Assembly: GCA_000182565.2 (NCBI GenBank)
Contig: KQ257472.1
Strand: one strand, 5' to 3'
Source: Spizellomyces punctatus DAOM BR117
Lineage: Eukaryota
DNA length: 64,000 nucleotides
Below the pieces are notes generated by a model, which was not told the DNA's origin, ran no database searches, and was given only the letters and a program-made list of their open reading frames with translations. Positions 60,278-64,000 of the stretch are shown here, piece after piece; the stretch's first letter is position 1; each line of letters opens with the position of its first letter. The translations under genes and the position numbers were made by a program.

Positions 60278-61654
60278 CTAATTTTTATCATTAGGTTTTT
60301 TTCCCCAGTCACTTTGGGTACTTGTGTTTTGCATCTCAGCATGTATGTCATATGCAACCTTTCGTAAAGACTCTGCAAGACGATCATGAATTGATGGGGC
60401 ATACTTGTTAAGGATATGTTCTATTCGCGCAATGTTTGGTTGAGAGGGTTGTGGGGTGGAGGGTGTCGCAGGTGGGAGGTGATCGGTGGAAGGATGTGGT
60501 GAGGTTGCGCTGGAATGCGACTGTGTTCGGTGTTGTTGTTGGAGACGATGGCATTCAGCTCTATGCGAAACGTTTTCCTCGTGCAGAGAGTTTATCTGAC
60601 GACGGAGGGCGGCAACCTCGGATCGCAGACTATAATTCTCTTGTCGGAGCTTTGTGCAGGTTTCATGAAGGTCGCGGAGATATCTAACAGACTCGTCCAA
60701 GCGATCACCGCCTGGTGGTAGAGGCGACGGTGGCGGTTGTTGTTGTTGTTGTTGTTGTTGTTGGTAATAGATGGGCGGACCAGGGGCAGGGGGTGTGAAC
60801 GGCGAGTGAGCTGGAGGAAGATAGATAGGTGGACCGTACGGGTTGGGAGGGACTTGGAGGATAGGGGATTGTGCGTGAGGGAGTGACATGGGTGATGCAA
60901 TACGCTTGCGGTGGGATATGGACTGGGTTGGAAAAAATCAAAAGGAAATTTTAATATGTGTGTGTGTGTGTATGCAAAATGATCACCAAGTCAATGCTAT
61001 ATGTACCTCTTCCTCTTCTGAAAGCCCTCGCTTGGCTGGTATTTGAACAAATCTCTTGTGTTTCTCCATGTACGCCACCAAACCCAACAGCCGGTCTGCT
61101 TCGTCTTCGCTCACAGCTGGGTGGCCGTCGTCGTCTCGAGCCGTTCTTCTCGCCCGTAACCGCTCAATAAGCTCTTGTTGCTTTTTCGGACTCAGGTCAT
61201 GAAAATCCGCTCTACACAGCGTCCCTTTTGTCTTTAGCCGAATCTGGACATACGGGTGGCCATCTATATGTGAAAACCAGGCAATGTCTGAAATATCTTG
61301 CACGTTATTTAGTTGGGGAGGCTTTAAGAGAGGGAGCTCTTCGAGTTCGGACAAGGTGGCAGGACTCTGCATTTTGTGTGTTCCTTGTTGGGGTGATTGC
61401 TGTCGCGATGGTTGTAATGGTTGCAGTGATGGTTGTTGTTGTTGTTGTGATTGAGACATGGCTGGTGGAGGGGCTTGTGGTTGTGGTTGTGGCGGAAGCG
61501 AGGGATGTGACAAGGACGCCGCGGCCATGGAAGGAGGAGGAGGAGGTGACATTCTTTGATTGTATTGGAGAGACGGATGGGGCGGAGGCAGCATCCTCGG
61601 GTGATGACTTTGTTGACGGTGGGGTGGAGGCTCACCTTTTCTGTTGTCATCCAT
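60278..61654 (-). CDS. Gln/Pro-rich hypothetical protein with a small globular region and a coiled coil, 2 exons
   Basis: ATG 61654 (MDDNRKGEPP). Intron GTACAT..CCCAG joins ..EEEE to SISHRKRIASPMSLPH. Coiled coil LRDLHETCTKLRQENYSLRSEVAALRRQINSLHEEN. Confidence 0.7.
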
Positions 61655-63035
61655 GGCGATGGAAATTCCGTGTGTGTGTGTGTGCGTGTGCAATTAACAC
61701 TACTTTATTTTAACCCCCTGATTGGTTTTTGGGAAAGCAAAATGATGCCACGTTGGGGCTGGGGAGGAAATTGTCGTGCCCTGTTAAAAAGGAAAAAGAT
61801 GACGAACTGCCTTGTGCATTGCAAGCGTGAAAAGGGCAAAAGGAAAGAAAACGTAAAGGCGAAAGGGAATCCTAAAATTCAAACAAAAAAAAATAGAAAA
61901 AAGAAAACACACAACGTCCAAGAAAGCAACACCAAAAGGCAAACAAAAAGCAACACATCGGAAGGTCCGGTCGTTGAAAAATCCCGTCTTCAAGCGCCAA
62001 GCAACCAAACCTTTGCATCGACGTTCCAGCAATCTGGTTCGGAAAGAGTTTTTCACTTTAATTTAAAGTACGTTTCACAAAATGTTTTCCACCTTCCTTA
62101 AAAGGAAACTATCGATGTTAAAATTACCCAAAAAGATTTTTTTTTCGGCATCGGAACCAAAGCGGCCCGTTTCCATCGTTTCAAAGCCATGGTTAAAAAG
62201 TTGTTTGTTTACATAAGTCAAATGTAGATGGGGATGGGGTGTGCTATATTGGATATTCCAGAACCGGAGCTTCCGGACAGAGCAGAAAAGGAGCAAGAGC
62301 CGCAAGAAAGAGGCAAGGAAACCACAATCGAGCACAAGTCTCAAAAATATGTCGTTTGAAAACAGATTATTGCATGGATGTATTTTATCTTGCTTTCTAT
62401 TTCATGGTTCAGAGCTTTTCCTTTGCTGTTAGAGATGAAAAAAAAGGATCCACAAGGCCCTAACCAATCCCTTGAACCTATCCGATGGGAACTCTATGGA
62501 TCCTTGAACACTGTGAAATGAAATTGCTAATCCCGTGTGTGGTCGGAGTTTCACTTGCAACAAAAAAATCTGTCAAAAAGGAAGAACGAACAAAAGCAAG
62601 AACCACTCATCAGGCATCAGAGTGTCGACCAGATCGATTGCTGCAATGTACACCAGCTCCTTTCCGCCGTGTTTTGACAGTTGAGACCAAAAAAGAAAAA
62701 GGTTTCCAGTCGCTGGGAACGGAAGCCTCGTTTTGGTGTGGACTTTTAAAGTTTTTGGCAGCTCCGCAGAACACCCGCGTGGCTGATGGAAAATTGTTTG
62801 GCAGAAACAGTGTTCTAAAGTGGAGATGTGCTCCAGCCATTGCAAATAATCCCCAACCTCCACATGACACGGATCAAAACGACATGAGCATATGAATTAC
62901 ATATTTCCATCAACCACGATCACGATGATCAAAGGGATATAACTTTTTTTTTATTTCTCAAACGAAACTACATTTATACAACGATATCCTGTTTCCACCA
63001 CATTTCAAAATCTGTACAGTGTAGTGTGGTCACAT

Positions 63036-63463
63036 TTACTGGTTGAGTTTGCTAATGAACGAATCAAAAACACCACAAAATTAGCTCACCACCAAAACAT
63101 TGTAATATACAATTCTCTCAAACTCACTCTTTGACATCAGACTTTGCGCGATCGGCACGACCTTCCGCTTCTTTGGAGTCGTTGCCCGTGATGGCGCCCC
63201 ACGTCTGCTTGGCCCATCCAGTGATGCCCTCGCCAGCAGCTTCAGCTCGATTTTGAGCTTTTGCACTCTCGTTTTCAGCGTTACCCTTTAGGTTTTGCGC
63301 TTTGCCCTCAGCTATAATAATCAAAAGCGTTAGATAAACATTTCCCGTCAAAACAAAATTTGAAATGTGTACCTTGCCATTGCTCGTTGCCGGTCACATT
63401 GCCAAGAGTTTCCTTTGCGGAACCAGCGGCCTTGTCAGTGATTCCAGATTGACGAGAAGCCAT
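63036..63463 (-). CDS. CsbD-like general stress protein, 3 exons
   Basis: MASRQSGITDKAAGSAKETLGNVTGNEQWQ|AEGKAQNLKGNAE..GWAKQTWGAITGNDSKEAEGRADRAKSDVK|DKLNQ: two CsbD-type repeats. The last intron, 63127-63052, is inferred. Confidence 0.88.
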
Positions 63464-63651
63464 TTTGAATGTTTTTGGTAGATTGGTAAAGAGTGTTGGT
63501 TGTTTTGAAAAGTTACAAGTCTTTTGAATGCGAATGAAATTATGTGGAAATCTGAGGCAAGCCCGTTCCTTTTATGCTTTTTCTTTGAATCGTTGCCCTC
63601 CATTGCCAATGTCCCTTCAGAAACAGGTTGCAGAGCGAAACAGACTCTAAG

Positions 63652-63688
63652 CCTGACGTCAGGGATCAACTGATGACGTGATGACGCG
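63652..63688. promoter_or_regulatory. CRE/ATF-type sites upstream of the CsbD-like gene
   Basis: 12-bp palindrome CCTGACGTCAGG at 63652-63663, plus TGACGT/TGACGC half-sites at ~63674-63687. Confidence 0.5.
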
Positions 63689-64000
63689 CCCCGCCTTGCT
63701 AATCCCACTTTCCCCTTCCGCCCCACCAAAATCCCGTCATTGTCAAACACTTTTTACAGTCATTCAACGTAGAAAAGAAAAAGCTACGCATGACGAAAGT
63801 CTTTAGGGCGATGGGCGGTGCATGCTTACCTAAAATCATTGGGGCGTGAAAATAGCGAAAATGCCAAACTGCCTTTGGCACGCCATTATGGTGTGCTTTT
63901 GCGCGACAGATACACTCTTCTTCTTTGTTCCTTGGCGGAAGGGTACTTGTCACAACAAACCCTTTTACGCGCAAACTGCGTGCTCCCCATTTGTGTCCAT

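Noticed and set aside
1-64000. U12-type (RTATCCTT) introns
   Set aside because: The ATATCCTT/GTATCCTT matches I noticed (e.g. ~9644, 16362, 18374, 25503, 26873) are not at exon boundaries of any gene model.

Overview
Eukaryotic, intron-rich fungal genomic DNA with short GT-AG introns of about 50-120 nt. By inference it is most likely a chytrid or other early-diverging zoosporic fungus, based on the CNBD2-like, SETD9-like and CECR2-like genes and an 'RTGKWRP' zinc-cluster gene. I spliced about 24 protein-coding genes by hand: the 3' part of SCC2/NIPBL, a Cys-cluster/GNAT-like protein, purU, two small secreted Pro-rich proteins, a 7TM protein, an SDT1-like HAD nucleotidase, a cNMP-binding protein, a Cys-rich/TM/SH3 receptor-like protein, a PH protein, a SETD9-like protein, a small hypothetical protein, an MGCxxS-acylated small protein, a VAT-1-like oxidoreductase, TDG, an OPT transporter, an FABP-like protein, an orphan SKH/SGTYAP-domain protein, a PHD/AT-hook/H15 protein, NTF2, a CECR2-like bromodomain protein, a CorA transporter, a Q/P-rich protein and a CsbD-like protein. 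There is also one tRNA-Arg(UCU). I saw no CRISPR array, rRNA or intact transposon. The most notable observations are the uncharacterised Zn-cluster plus GNAT-like protein, an intron-containing purU that looks cyanobacterial, a fungal SETD9, a His-tipped secreted micro-protein missed by the ORF track, decayed tandem copies of a gene's 3' end, and a duplicated Rieske pseudogene. All family assignments come from motif recognition, not database searches.
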